Below, in pieces: positions 19,259 through 29,634 of a DNA stretch of 55,864 bases. Source of the stretch: an uncultured Rikenellaceae bacterium (GTDB lineage Bacteria > Bacteroidota > Bacteroidia > Bacteroidales > UBA932); assembly GCA_937906485.1 (NCBI GenBank), contig CALCYB010000083.1:1-55864 (forward strand). Direction: 5' to 3'. Position numbers and translations under genes: made by a program. Each line of letters starts with the position of its first letter. Within the stretch, counting starts at the first letter, position 1. A model generated the notes under the pieces. The model ran no database searches. It worked only from the letters and a program-made list of their open reading frames with translations, and was not told the DNA's origin.

Positions 19259-21310
19259 ATGGTTACGAAACAATTAATATCCCCCAGAAGTATTGTGGTT
19301 GTCGGAGGTTCCGACGATATCCACAAACCGGGAGGACGTACACTGAAGAACCTCATTGATACAAAATTCTCGGGCAACCTCTACGTTGTCAACCCGAAAT
19401 GTGACACGGTCCAAGGTGTTCAATCCTTCCGTAAAGTTGATGATTTACCGGCTGTTGACTGTGCAATTCTTGCGATTCCTGCAGCCTTGTGTACCGAAGC
19501 GGTGAGTGTGCTCTGCAACAAGAAAGCCTGCCGCGCCATCATTATCCTTTCCGCAGGTTTCCACGAAGACAGTCCTGAAGGTGCTGCCATCGAAAAAGAA
19601 ATTACCGATATCTGCAACAATACCGGCACTTCCCTCATCGGTCCGAACTGCATCGGGGTGATGACTCCGAGCTATGCCGGTGTATTTACCCAACCCATCC
19701 CGAAACTGGCTCCTCACGGTGCTGACCTGATTTCCGGATCCGGTGCCACCATCGTCTTCATTCTTGAGGCGGCCATGCAGTTGGGATTGACCTTCAACCA
19801 AGTATTTTCAGTAGGAAACAGTGCCCAACTGGGTGTAGAAGACATCCTGGAATACCTCGATGAATCCTATGTTCCCGGTGAAAGTGCTCCCGTGAAAATG
19901 CTCTACATTGAAAGCATCAACAACCCGCATAAACTCTACAAACACGCTGCATCCCTGGCCGCTAAAGGTGTAAAGATTGCAGCTATCAAATCCGGCTACA
20001 GCGAAGCCGGCAGCCGTGCCGCTTCTTCCCATACCGGAGCCATGGCTTCACCAGACAAGGCCGTAGATGCCCTCTTCCGCAAAGCCGGCATCATCCGTTG
20101 CTACAGCCGCACCGAACTGGTGACCGTAGCCTCTGCCTTGATGTATCCTGAACCGCAAGGCAACCGCATCGCCATCATCACCCATGCCGGTGGTCCCGCC
20201 GTGATGCAAACGGACGTTCTCTCCAGCAATGGCGTTGAAATTCCGAAAATTGAAGGGCCCAAAGCAGATGAATTGCTGGGCAAACTCTTTGCCGGTTCTT
20301 CCGTTTCCAACCCGATTGACTTTTTGGCAACCGGTACCGGTGAACAACTCGGCCAGATCATTGATGCTTGTGAAAATGACTTCGATGTGGACGCCATGAC
20401 CGTCATTTTCGGATCTCCGGGTCTGCGTACTGTAGGCGACGTGTACGATATCCTCTATGACCGCATCCGTCAAGGCAAGAAGCCGATTTATCCTGTACTT
20501 CCTTCGATTGTGAATGTAGCACAGGACATCGCTGATTTCCAAGCCAAAGGCGGTATCAGTTTCCCGGACGAAGTCGCTTTGGGGTCTGCACTGGTTAAAA
20601 TCATGAAACGCCCCCACCCCATTACAGACGTTACCCTGCCCCCGGTGGACAAGAAGATGATCCGCAAGGTAATCGACAGCAACAGCAACGGTTACCTCGC
20701 TCCGGAACAAGTTCAGGTTCTGCTGGATGCAGCCGGCATCAACCGCGCCAAGGAACGCGTTGTATTTGATGTGGACGGTCTGCTGGAAGGTGCACGGGAA
20801 ATCGGTTACCCGATCGTCATGAAAGTAGTCGGTCCGGTACACAAATCCGATGTAGGTGGTGTTACCCTGAACATCACTGACGACAATACCCTGGTCAACG
20901 AGTTCACCCGGATGATGAACATCCCCGATGCGACCGGCACCTTGTTGCAACCAATGCTTTCCGGTACGCAAGTATTTGTCGGAGCCAAACGTGACGAAAA
21001 ATTCGGTCCACTGATTCTCTGCGGTCTGGGTGGCATCTATGTGGAAGTGCTCAAGGACATCAGTTATGCCCTCTCACCGGTATCCGATCACGAAGCCAAC
21101 GAAATGTTGCGCAACCTGCGCAGTTTCAAACTGCTGGAAGGTGTTCGCGGACAAGAAGGCGTCAACCTGTCCCTGTTTGCTGAAACGATCCGCCGCGTAT
21201 CCGCCTTGTGTGAAGCCGCACCGGAAATTTTTGAAATGGACATCAATCCCTTGTTGGGTAACGCCAAACAAGTGATTGCCGTTGATGCACGTATCCGTAT
21301 TGAAAAATAA
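19259..21310 (+). CDS. Acetate--CoA ligase (ADP-forming), fused alpha/beta (CoA-binding plus ATP-grasp)
   Basis: 683 aa. N-terminal CoA-binding/succinyl-CoA-synthetase-like flavodoxin fold (PRSIVVVGGS..., GPNCIG, phosphohistidine segment SSHTGAM). C-terminal ATP-grasp (GYPIVMKVVGPVHKSDVGGV). Confidence 0.9.
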   Translation: MVTKQLISPRSIVVVGGSDDIHKPGGRTLKNLIDTKFSGNLYVVNPKCDTVQGVQSFRKVDDLPAVDCAILAIPAALCTEAVSVLCNKKACRAIIILSAGFHEDSPEGAAIEKEITDICNNTGTSLIGPNCIGVMTPSYAGVFTQPIPKLAPHGADLISGSGATIVFILEAAMQLGLTFNQVFSVGNSAQLGVEDILEYLDESYVPGESAPVKMLYIESINNPHKLYKHAASLAAKGVKIAAIKSGYSEAGSRAASSHTGAMASPDKAVDALFRKAGIIRCYSRTELVTVASALMYPEPQGNRIAIITHAGGPAVMQTDVLSSNGVEIPKIEGPKADELLGKLFAGSSVSNPIDFLATGTGEQLGQIIDACENDFDVDAMTVIFGSPGLRTVGDVYDILYDRIRQGKKPIYPVLPSIVNVAQDIADFQAKGGISFPDEVALGSALVKIMKRPHPITDVTLPPVDKKMIRKVIDSNSNGYLAPEQVQVLLDAAGINRAKERVVFDVDGLLEGAREIGYPIVMKVVGPVHKSDVGGVTLNITDDNTLVNEFTRMMNIPDATGTLLQPMLSGTQVFVGAKRDEKFGPLILCGLGGIYVEVLKDISYALSPVSDHEANEMLRNLRSFKLLEGVRGQEGVNLSLFAETIRRVSALCEAAPEIFEMDINPLLGNAKQVIAVDARIRIEK

Positions 21311-21311
21311 T

Positions 21312-21470
21312 ATGTTCAAGAAACTGAAAAACTGGTATCAGGAACAAAGTTCCACCACCCAGGGGATGCTCTGGCTGGGACTTTTGCTGATTATCGGAAT
21401 CATCCTCCGATGGGACTACATTTATGAAACCGTCAAGCACTCTTTCGGTTTCTTCTCCTCCGGCAAATAA
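21312..21470 (+). CDS. Possible small single-pass membrane protein (52 aa)
   Basis: ATG lies 2 nt after the upstream stop. One hydrophobic helix, MLWLGLLLIIGIIL. No family recognised. Confidence 0.35.
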   Translation: MFKKLKNWYQEQSSTTQGMLWLGLLLIIGIILRWDYIYETVKHSFGFFSSGK

Positions 21471-21552
21471 GCCCTGCTGGAGCAGTCCCTCCGGAAACAG
21501 ATGAAAACAACAACAAACAGTAACACTTTATAACAACTTTAAATTAACTATT

Positions 21553-21774
21553 ATGGCATTAAAAGGAGCTATCGTCGTTGATAACGAAAGATGCAAAGGT
21601 TGCGGCGTTTGTGCAGCAAACTGCCCTACCAACACCATTGCGTTGGCCAGTGAGGTTAACAGCAAAGGTTACAACTTCGCCTATATGGCAAACCCGGACA
21701 ACTGTACGGGTTGTACCAACTGTGCAACCGTATGTCCTGATGCGGTAATCACCGTTTATAGAGTAAAAATTTAA
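21553..21774 (+). CDS. korD: 2-oxoacid:ferredoxin oxidoreductase delta subunit (2x[4Fe-4S] ferredoxin)
   Basis: Two CxxCxxCxxxCP motifs (CKGCGVCAANCP and CTGCTNCATVCP). Confidence 0.9.
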   Translation: MALKGAIVVDNERCKGCGVCAANCPTNTIALASEVNSKGYNFAYMANPDNCTGCTNCATVCPDAVITVYRVKI

Positions 21775-21786
21775 ATTGGATTCAAT

Positions 21787-22863
21787 ATGGCAGAAAAGAT
21801 TCTAATCAAAGGTAACGAAGCTATCGCTATTGCTGCTATCCACTGTGGTTGCGATGGTTATTTCGGCTATCCGATTACCCCTCAATCTGAGGTAATGGAA
21901 ACATTGATGAAAGAAAAACCGTGGGAAACTACCGGTATGGTCGTTCTCCAGGCGGAAAGTGAAACTTCTTCCATCAACATGGTTTACGGTGGCGCATGCT
22001 GCGGTAAGAAAGTAATGACCTCATCATCCAGCCCGGGCGTGAGCTTGATGGCAGAAGGTCTGAGTTACATGGCAGGTGCAGAACTCCCCTGCCTGGTGGT
22101 AAACGTAATGCGTGGCGGTCCGGGTCTGGGTACCATCCAACCCAGCCAAGGTGACTACTTCCAAGCAACCAAAGGTGGCGGACACGGAGACTACCGCATG
22201 TATGTATTGGCACCGGCTTCCGGACAAGACATGTATGACTTCGTAGACAAAGCCTTCGAAGTAGCATTCAAATACCGCGTTCCCGCAATGATTCTGGCTG
22301 ACGGTGTGATTGGTCAAATGATGGAAAAAGTAGAATTCCGTCCGATGAAACCGCGTCGTACTGACGAAGAAATCAAAGCATTGTGTGACTCATGGGCAAC
22401 CATCGGTAAAGGTGCTCACCGTGGTGGCAACACCATTACCTCCCTTGCACTGGATCCCGAAGTACAAGAACGCCACAACATCCACCTTCAAGAAAAATAC
22501 GCGAAGATGGAAGAAAACGAAGTTCTGTACGAAACATACCGCGCTGAAGACGCTGAACACCTGATCGTTGCTTTCGGCTGTATGTCCCGTATTTGCCAAA
22601 ACACCGTGGATGAAGCTCGTGAAAAAGGCATCAAGATGGGTCTGATCCGTCCGATTACCCTCTATCCTTTCCCCAAGAAAGAAATTGATGCATTGGTACC
22701 GCAACTCAAGAGCATGATGTCTGTTGAATTGAACACCGGTCAAATGGTAGAAGATGTTCGTCAGATTGCGAACGGTCGTGTACCCGTTTACTTCTACGGT
22801 CGTCAAGGTGGTATCATCCCCTCACCCGAAGAAGTTCTCGAAGCTTATTTGAAACACATTTAA
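21787..22863 (+). CDS. korA: 2-oxoglutarate/2-oxoacid:ferredoxin oxidoreductase alpha subunit
   Basis: GNEAIAIAAI..GYPITPQSE start typical of KorA/PorA, within the four-gene operon context. Confidence 0.92.
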   Translation: MAEKILIKGNEAIAIAAIHCGCDGYFGYPITPQSEVMETLMKEKPWETTGMVVLQAESETSSINMVYGGACCGKKVMTSSSSPGVSLMAEGLSYMAGAELPCLVVNVMRGGPGLGTIQPSQGDYFQATKGGGHGDYRMYVLAPASGQDMYDFVDKAFEVAFKYRVPAMILADGVIGQMMEKVEFRPMKPRRTDEEIKALCDSWATIGKGAHRGGNTITSLALDPEVQERHNIHLQEKYAKMEENEVLYETYRAEDAEHLIVAFGCMSRICQNTVDEAREKGIKMGLIRPITLYPFPKKEIDALVPQLKSMMSVELNTGQMVEDVRQIANGRVPVYFYGRQGGIIPSPEEVLEAYLKHI

Positions 22864-22874
22864 TTTAGAGCTCT

Positions 22875-23636
22875 ATGGATATCAAAGATATTATCAAACC
22901 CGAAAACAAGGTGTATGGCAGAACCCCTGTTTTGAAAGACAATGTAATGCACTATTGTCCTGGCTGCTCACACGGAACCGTTCACAAACTCATTGCTGAA
23001 GTTATCGAAGAAATGGGTATTCAAGAAAAAACCATCGGTATTTCACCCGTAGGTTGCTCCGTGTTTGCTTACAACTACCTCGACATTGACTGGCAACAAG
23101 CCGCTCACGGTCGTGCTCCTGCCCTGGCTACCGCAACAAAACGTCTGAACCCTGACAAATACGTGTTCACTTACCAAGGTGACGGTGACTTGGCTTCCAT
23201 CGGATGCGCAGAAATCATGCATGCCTGCAGCCGTGGTGAAAACATCGTGGTGATCTTCATCAACAACGCTATCTATGGTATGACCGGTGGACAAATGGCT
23301 CCGACGACCTTGCTCGGTATGGTGACCGCAACTACTCCTTACGGCCGTGATCCGAAACTGAACGGTTTCCCGTTGAAAATCACTGAACTGATCGCCCAAT
23401 TGGAAGGAACTTGCTACGTAACCCGTCAATCCGTTCAAAACCCGGCATCTGCCCGCAAAGCAAAAAAAGCCATCCGCAAAGCATTTGAAAACTCCGCAAT
23501 GGGTAAAGGTACCTCCTTTGTTGAAATCGTCGCTACTTGCAACTCCGGTTGGAAGATGCACCCGGTGAAAGCCAACAAATGGATGGAAGAAAACATGTTC
23601 CCCTTCTATCCTCTCGGAGACATGAAAGACAGATAA
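22875..23636 (+). CDS. korB: 2-oxoacid:ferredoxin oxidoreductase beta subunit (thiamine diphosphate-binding)
   Basis: CPGCSHG and the TPP motif GDGD...NN..YGMTGGQ. Confidence 0.92.
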   Translation: MDIKDIIKPENKVYGRTPVLKDNVMHYCPGCSHGTVHKLIAEVIEEMGIQEKTIGISPVGCSVFAYNYLDIDWQQAAHGRAPALATATKRLNPDKYVFTYQGDGDLASIGCAEIMHACSRGENIVVIFINNAIYGMTGGQMAPTTLLGMVTATTPYGRDPKLNGFPLKITELIAQLEGTCYVTRQSVQNPASARKAKKAIRKAFENSAMGKGTSFVEIVATCNSGWKMHPVKANKWMEENMFPFYPLGDMKDR

Positions 23637-23661
23637 TCGATAAAAAATAAAAAGTAACAAT

Positions 23662-24213
23662 ATGAAAGAAGAACTTATCATTGCAGGTTTCGGTGGCCAA
23701 GGTGTATTGTCCATGGGTAAAATCCTGGCGTACTCCGGCATTATGCAAGACCAAGAAGTAGCATGGATGCCTTCTTACGGTCCTGAAATGCGCGGCGGTA
23801 CAGCAAACGTTACCGTTATCTTGAGCGACAACCGGATCAGCTCTCCGATCTTAAGCAAATTCGACACCGCTATCATCTTGAACCAACAATCTTTGGATAA
23901 ATTCGAATCCCGCGTAAAACCCGGTGGATTGTTGATTTATGACCCCAATGGAATTACCCGTCACCCGGAAAGAAAAGACATCACCGTATGTCGCATCGCT
24001 GCCGTTGACGAATCCGCAAAATTGGGTAACGCCAAAGCTTACAACATGGTTGTTTTGGGAGCTTTCCTCAAAATGAAACCCATCGTATCTATGGAAAACG
24101 TGATCAAAGGTCTGAAGAAATCCATTCCTGCACGTCACCACCACCTGATTCCGATGAACGAAGAAGCCATCAACGTAGGTATGCAAACCGTTGAAATCGT
24201 AAATCAACTGTAG
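23662..24213 (+). CDS. korG: 2-oxoacid:ferredoxin oxidoreductase gamma subunit
   Basis: The motif run GFGGQGV...G..MRGG is typical of the gamma subunit. Confidence 0.9.
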   Translation: MKEELIIAGFGGQGVLSMGKILAYSGIMQDQEVAWMPSYGPEMRGGTANVTVILSDNRISSPILSKFDTAIILNQQSLDKFESRVKPGGLLIYDPNGITRHPERKDITVCRIAAVDESAKLGNAKAYNMVVLGAFLKMKPIVSMENVIKGLKKSIPARHHHLIPMNEEAINVGMQTVEIVNQL

Positions 24214-24245
24214 TCACTGCAACACCAACCCATCCATAGTAACAA

Positions 24246-24276
24246 GGCGCTCCCCTTCCGGTCGAGCGCCTTTTCT
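24246..24276 (+). terminator. Intrinsic terminator of the kor operon
   Basis: A 7-bp GC-rich stem ggcgctc/gagcgcc with an 11-nt loop, followed by ttttct. Confidence 0.7.
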
Positions 24277-24381
24277 ATTAACCATAACGATCTCCACACC
24301 CGAACAGCAACCAGAACTTCTTTACAAGAAAAGGGTACCTGATTTCTCAAGTACCCTCTCAGCTTTATGTATGACTAATGA

Positions 24382-24981
24382 TTACTCCAGTTCTGAGTTT
24401 GAGAAATTTCTCCAACCCAAGAAAGCGTATACCAATACAGCAATTGAGCAAATCAAAGAAAGCACACCACCAACCAACGGAATAATACCGATGATGACAC
24501 CAATCAAAGAAAGCAACATCACCAACCAGAGTTGTTGTGCACCTTTAGCTGCCAATTCATTGATAGGGAGTTTACGCAAAATACCAAAACCCTGCATCAT
24601 AAACACAAAAGCGATAATGTTAAGTACAAGAGCGACAATACCCAACAACGGAATAATGTCCACGATAGTAGCAATCAGTCCTAACAAAACACCTTTATAT
24701 ACTTTTGCTGTGCCATCTTGGAGAGGAGTATCAACTGCGCTATCACGCATACCTTTCACACCGATAAAATAATACACATATCCAACAAGTGCAAGAACTC
24801 CAACGATAATAGGTCCCAAAAGACCACCACCACCGCCACCAGAAGCTAATGATGCAAGTCCTGCTGCTCCTGAAACCAATCCAACAATTGCTCCGACGAT
24901 GCCACTGAGCAAGGTATACGCCAAAAATCCATAGAAAGCTTTATTTACACTTGCTTTCCAAAGTTGAGATTTATTTTCCAT
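24382..24981 (-). CDS. Multi-pass membrane protein, unknown family
   Basis: 199 aa with about five hydrophobic helices and a GGGGGG stretch. It is the first gene of the AT-richer island. Confidence 0.65.
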   Translation of the reverse strand: MENKSQLWKASVNKAFYGFLAYTLLSGIVGAIVGLVSGAAGLASLASGGGGGGLLGPIIVGVLALVGYVYYFIGVKGMRDSAVDTPLQDGTAKVYKGVLLGLIATIVDIIPLLGIVALVLNIIAFVFMMQGFGILRKLPINELAAKGAQQLWLVMLLSLIGVIIGIIPLVGGVLSLICSIAVLVYAFLGWRNFSNSELE

Positions 24982-25349
24982 AACTTTAATAATTAATGGT
25001 TTTTAAAAAGTTTGTTGTAAAGATACATTGATAATCTGTAACTATCAAGTTTTTTTTACAAAATAAGTCCCTCTAATTCCTTTCCTATAGCAAAATCGCT
25101 TGGGATTAACCCCAGGAGACAAAGCAGAAAAATTGGCCCCAGAAGATATTCCGAGCGGTCAACTCCTTATGGTTTTTCTAAAACATCAATACTATGTCAA
25201 TTAATTTTGAAGTATGCTTGCGCTGCTTCTTATACGCAAGGTTTGCTTTTTCTATATCGTTGTACTTCGTTCTCAACCTATGTTCCCCTAACTGGAAATC
25301 CAGTAGCTCAGCAAGCGATTTCAGAATTGAATAAATCAAACGTAAATGG

Positions 25350-25802
25350 TTGAGAAACAGCGATGACCTTCCTGAAAGAACATCGCCCGACGTTATAAAA
25401 TCCTTGAATGAGATTAAGGCTAATCAGGAGCAAAAAACGGACGAGGTAAAATCGGCTTTGATTTTGGGGTTGTTTACTTGGATAATAATATCGGAGAAAC
25501 CTAATCAGCGAGAAGAGGATAACGACCTCAAATATCGCTACATCAAGATGAAAGGCGATGCCTCGGCAGAGCAGATAGCCACATTGGAGGACATCTTCGA
25601 ACTCAACCGCAACAACGAAGTAATCAATCAAATGAGTGAAGATGTGGAGACTTACGAAGAGGCTGTCCGCAAGCAAGCCGCCCTTGCAGAACAAGCGCGA
25701 CTTAAAGAGCAGGCTGCAAAGGAGCAAGAGAGCAAAGCTAATTCCATCAAGAACAAGCAGGACGATAGTAAGGTTAATCTGAATAACAAATCAAAACCAT
25801 GA
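25350..25802 (+). CDS. Hypothetical protein with a charged coiled-coil C-terminus; start uncertain
   Basis: The track start is TTG. The first in-frame ATG is at 25549 (MKGDASAEQ...). The stop lies 7 nt before the recombinase ATG. Confidence 0.4.
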   Translation: MRNSDDLPERTSPDVIKSLNEIKANQEQKTDEVKSALILGLFTWIIISEKPNQREEDNDLKYRYIKMKGDASAEQIATLEDIFELNRNNEVINQMSEDVETYEEAVRKQAALAEQARLKEQAAKEQESKANSIKNKQDDSKVNLNNKSKP

Positions 25803-25809
25803 TTGTGAT

Positions 25810-27018
25810 ATGGCAACAGTTAAGATTAAGTTCCGACCATCAACGGTTGATGGCGGACAAGGTACAATTTTCTATCAAGTAATCCATAATCGTGTAGCCC
25901 GTCAGCAAAAGACGGGCTACCGTCTCTACGGCTATGAGTGGAACAGCCACTTAACGGAGGTGGTGTTACCACGATTCAATGATGAGAGAAAGCGTTATCT
26001 GTCGGAAATAAGCGATAAAATCCGAATGGATGTAAAGGATCTTCAAATGATTATTTCAGTATTTGAGCATAGCGGATGTGACTATACCGCTGATGATGTG
26101 ATAGCCGAGTTTATAGCGGACAATCCTGAAAATTACCTATTCTCATTCATGGAGGGTGTCATCTCCAATCTGAAAACATTGGGCAAGATACGCACTTCTG
26201 AAACCTATACCGCAACTCTCAGCAGCTTCAAACGCTTTCGTGAGGACAAGGATGTGCCATTGGATGATATGGACTCCGATATGATGATGGCATACGAAGC
26301 ATATTTGAAGAATAACGGAGTGAGTCCCAACTCTTCATCTTTCTATATGCGTAATCTCAGAGCAGTATATAATCGAGCCGTAGAAAAGGGACTTACCTCA
26401 CAACGCTTCCCGTTCAAGCGCGTCTATACGGGAGTGGATAAGACCGTCAAGCGAGCCGTACCATTGAAAGTTATCAAGATAATCAAAGAGTTGGATTTTT
26501 CGATGAATCCGACATTTGACTTTGCCCGAGATATGTTCCTTATGAGTTTCTATACCCGAGGTATGTCATTCGTGGATATGGCATACCTGCGAAAAAAGGA
26601 TTTGCAGAATGGTGTGCTTTCCTATCGCAGACGCAAGACGGGGCAACAGCTATTCATCAAATGGGAGAAATGTATGCAGGAAATAGTGGATAAGTACGAT
26701 AATCCACTGTCGCAATATCTGTTGCCCATCATCAAGCCATTCAGCGAAATAGATGAACGCAAGCAATACATCTATACGGCTCACAACATCAACCGTAGCC
26801 TAAAAGTCATCGGGAAGCAATTGGGTTTGTCCGTAACGCTTACAATGTATGTAAGCCGTCACGCTTGGGCAAGCATCGCCAAGAGCAAGAATGTTCCTAT
26901 TTCGGTTATCAGTGAAGGAATGGGTCACGATTCAGAAGCGACTACACGCATCTACCTGGCATCATTGGATACAATGGCAATCGATAAGGCGAATAGTATG
27001 ATATTGAAATCTCTGTAA
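25810..27018 (+). mobile_element. Tyrosine site-specific recombinase/integrase (Bacteroides arm-binding-domain type)
   Basis: N-terminal KIKFRPS...GTIFYQVIHNRV arm-type domain, a SAM-like core, and a C-terminal catalytic region (SRHAWAS...GHDSEATTRIYL) carrying the His/Arg/Tyr residues. Confidence 0.9.
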
Positions 27019-27046
27019 GTGAAGGATTGTTGAGCGAATTGTAAAG

Positions 27047-27248
27047 TCTCTTTGGAAGAGAAATGATTATCGATGCAATATTACACATTTTTCGGCAAAT
27101 GACACCAGATTACACTAAAAAATGTTACGCAAGATTCTGATTTTGTTTTGGTCAAAGGCGGATTGTTGAGCAAAGCACATTATACTTATTCAAATAACCT
27201 GCTCGTAATCAAAGAGGATATACCGCATAAATCACTCTTCCAAAGAGA
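27047..27248. repeat. Perfect 14-bp inverted repeat (27047..27060 tctctttggaagag; 27235..27248 ctcttccaaagaga) flanking 174 bp
   Basis: Read directly from the sequence. It lies between the recombinase stop (27018) and the pilus operon ATG (27279). A 12-nt direct repeat ggattgttgagc also occurs at 27024..27035 and 27160..27171. Confidence 0.9.
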
Positions 27249-27278
27249 TAAGTTATAAGTTATCAATTATTTCGATTT

Positions 27279-28556
27279 ATGCGCATTAAGAAATATTGTA
27301 TAACGCTGATTCTCTTGCTGTCTGGCGTGGGTGTTGCGCATTCGCAAGTGAGACACACGGAAATCTGTATTGACTTCCGTGTGAACAGTATTGTCATAGA
27401 CTCCGCCTATTCGGACAATGCCGTCCGTATGCAGGAGATGGTGGAGTTCCTACGAACTATCCGTCAAGACAGTACAATCCACATCGTTGAAGTTTCCTTC
27501 TGTGGTGCTGCATCACCCGAAGGCAGCGACGAGCTTAACCGCAAGTTGGCACGAGGTCGTCTCACAGCTCTTGAAAATCTCGTTCGCCAGCAGGTGGATA
27601 TTCCCGACAGTATCATTACCTATAATAACAACTACATTCCTTGGGAGTTTCTTAAATCCCAAATTGAAGATTCAGAACTAGTTTATAAAAATGAAGTGCT
27701 TGCCATACTGGAAGAAGAGTCTTTCTTGGTTGATTATCATTATCCAAACTTACACATTGATAATCGCATCGTGAAATTGCGGGCATTGAATGATGGTAAG
27801 GTTTGGCAACAGATGCACAAGCTTTTCTTCGAGCGTATGCGAAATGCGTGTGCCGTGTTTGTAACCTACAAAAAAGAGTTGCCGGTTGTTCAACTGCCTA
27901 TTATAACAGTGCCCAAACCTACTACACTGGGATATGAACCGAAAGAACCTATAGTGCCAGAATTTGTAATAGAAGAACCAAAGGAGAAATCCCCATTAAT
28001 AAAGGAGAAATCCCCATTTAATATGGGTCTTAAAACTAATTTGTTATACACTATTTTAGCCATTCCAAATCTTGGAGCCGAATTCTATTTGGGCAGTAAC
28101 TTCAGCGTAGCCACCAATTGGCATTATGCGTGGTGGAAGAATGATAGAAAGTATTATTATTGGCGTACATATGGTGGCGATTTGGCTGTTCGCTATTGGT
28201 TTGGGAAAAAGGCTCACGAAAAACCCCTGACAGGTCATCATATAGGACTGTACGGCCAAATGATAACTTATGACTTCGAACTTGGAGGCAAAGGCGTTCT
28301 TGCTGACCCTTGGAGCTGGACTACTGGATTGGAATATGGTTACTCGCTACCTGTTGCCAAACGCTTGAATCTCGATTTCACAATCGGTCTGGGCTATCAT
28401 TGGGGAGAATTTAAGGAATACTTGCCCATTGATGGACACTATGTGTGGCAGGTAACCAAGAATCGCAACTATTGGGGTCCGACAAAAGCCGAAATCTCAC
28501 TGGTGTGGCTCATCGGAAGAGGCAACTATAATGTAAGGAAAGGTGGCAATAAATGA
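27279..28556 (+). CDS. DUF3868/DUF3575-type outer-membrane protein of a type V pilus locus
   Basis: Signal peptide. The C-terminal LKTNLLYTILAIPNLGAEFYLGSNFSVATNWHYAWW is the DUF3575 beta-barrel signature. Confidence 0.8.
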   Translation: MRIKKYCITLILLLSGVGVAHSQVRHTEICIDFRVNSIVIDSAYSDNAVRMQEMVEFLRTIRQDSTIHIVEVSFCGAASPEGSDELNRKLARGRLTALENLVRQQVDIPDSIITYNNNYIPWEFLKSQIEDSELVYKNEVLAILEEESFLVDYHYPNLHIDNRIVKLRALNDGKVWQQMHKLFFERMRNACAVFVTYKKELPVVQLPIITVPKPTTLGYEPKEPIVPEFVIEEPKEKSPLIKEKSPFNMGLKTNLLYTILAIPNLGAEFYLGSNFSVATNWHYAWWKNDRKYYYWRTYGGDLAVRYWFGKKAHEKPLTGHHIGLYGQMITYDFELGGKGVLADPWSWTTGLEYGYSLPVAKRLNLDFTIGLGYHWGEFKEYLPIDGHYVWQVTKNRNYWGPTKAEISLVWLIGRGNYNVRKGGNK

Positions 28557-29584
28557 TGAGACTATTTAACATATACGTATTATGTGCCATACTGATAGTA
28601 CCATTGGTATCGTGCGAACATAAGGAACTATGCTATGACCACGATCCTCATGCGTTGAAGTATCATGTCAATGTGAAAGCATCGTATGAACAGGAATGGC
28701 AATATACCTATGGTGATGCTACTGATTGGGAAGCCGAATGGCCTGAGGAGCTCTCTATGAGTTATGAAAGCCTGCGTCCGGACATACCTGAGGGATTGCG
28801 AGTATTGTCTTTTGACGAAACTGGCAGACAGGAAATGAAAAACATGCCAGCAAGTGGTGGCAACCTCTTATTGTCAGAAGGTTCGCATTCACTTCTTTTT
28901 TACAATAATGATACCGAATATATCGTATTCGACAAGCTTGAATCGTTCGCCACAGCCAGAGCTACTACCCGAACTCGAACTCGAAGTTCCTATAAGGGCA
29001 ACAGCTATAGCCAAACGGAGAATGAGAATACAGTAAGTGCTCCCGATATGCTTTATGGTAACTATCTGGAGAAATATACCCCCGAAAAGGTGGTTGCCGC
29101 TCCTAATATGGATATTACAATGCATCCGCTGGTATTCACCTATGTGATAAAGTATGAATTTGAACACGGACTACAGTATGTTGCATTGGCACGCGGTGCA
29201 TTAGCGGGTATGGCAGAAGCCGTATATATGAACAGCGGCAAAACTTCTGCCGATGTTGTCACAATCTTGTATGATTGTACTATTGAGGATTATGGGACAC
29301 AAGCCGTTGTAAATTCATTTGGAATACCCAATTATCCGAATGACAACTATATGCGTACAAGCGATAGATATGGTTTGAACCTGGAAGTCAAGTTAAAGAA
29401 TGGAATCGTCAGGAATTTTGACTTTGATGTAACCGAGCAAGTTGCCAAACAACCGCATGGAGGAATAATCACCGTGAGTGGCATCAAAATCTCCGATGAG
29501 GACGGTAATCAGGGAGGTTCCGGCTTTAATGTGGATGTAGACGATTGGGGAGAGTTTGAAGATATTGAAATCCCATTAGATTAA
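28553..29584 (+). CDS. DUF5119-like pilus-locus lipoprotein (Mfa2/anchor-like position)
   Basis: The lipobox followed by CEHKELCYDHDPHA is typical of DUF5119. Its ATGA start overlaps the upstream stop. Confidence 0.7.
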   Translation: MMRLFNIYVLCAILIVPLVSCEHKELCYDHDPHALKYHVNVKASYEQEWQYTYGDATDWEAEWPEELSMSYESLRPDIPEGLRVLSFDETGRQEMKNMPASGGNLLLSEGSHSLLFYNNDTEYIVFDKLESFATARATTRTRTRSSYKGNSYSQTENENTVSAPDMLYGNYLEKYTPEKVVAAPNMDITMHPLVFTYVIKYEFEHGLQYVALARGALAGMAEAVYMNSGKTSADVVTILYDCTIEDYGTQAVVNSFGIPNYPNDNYMRTSDRYGLNLEVKLKNGIVRNFDFDVTEQVAKQPHGGIITVSGIKISDEDGNQGGSGFNVDVDDWGEFEDIEIPLD

Positions 29585-29634
29585 TGAGTGAATGCAATAT
29601 AAATCCTTTTATTAATCATTAAATTTTCAAAACA

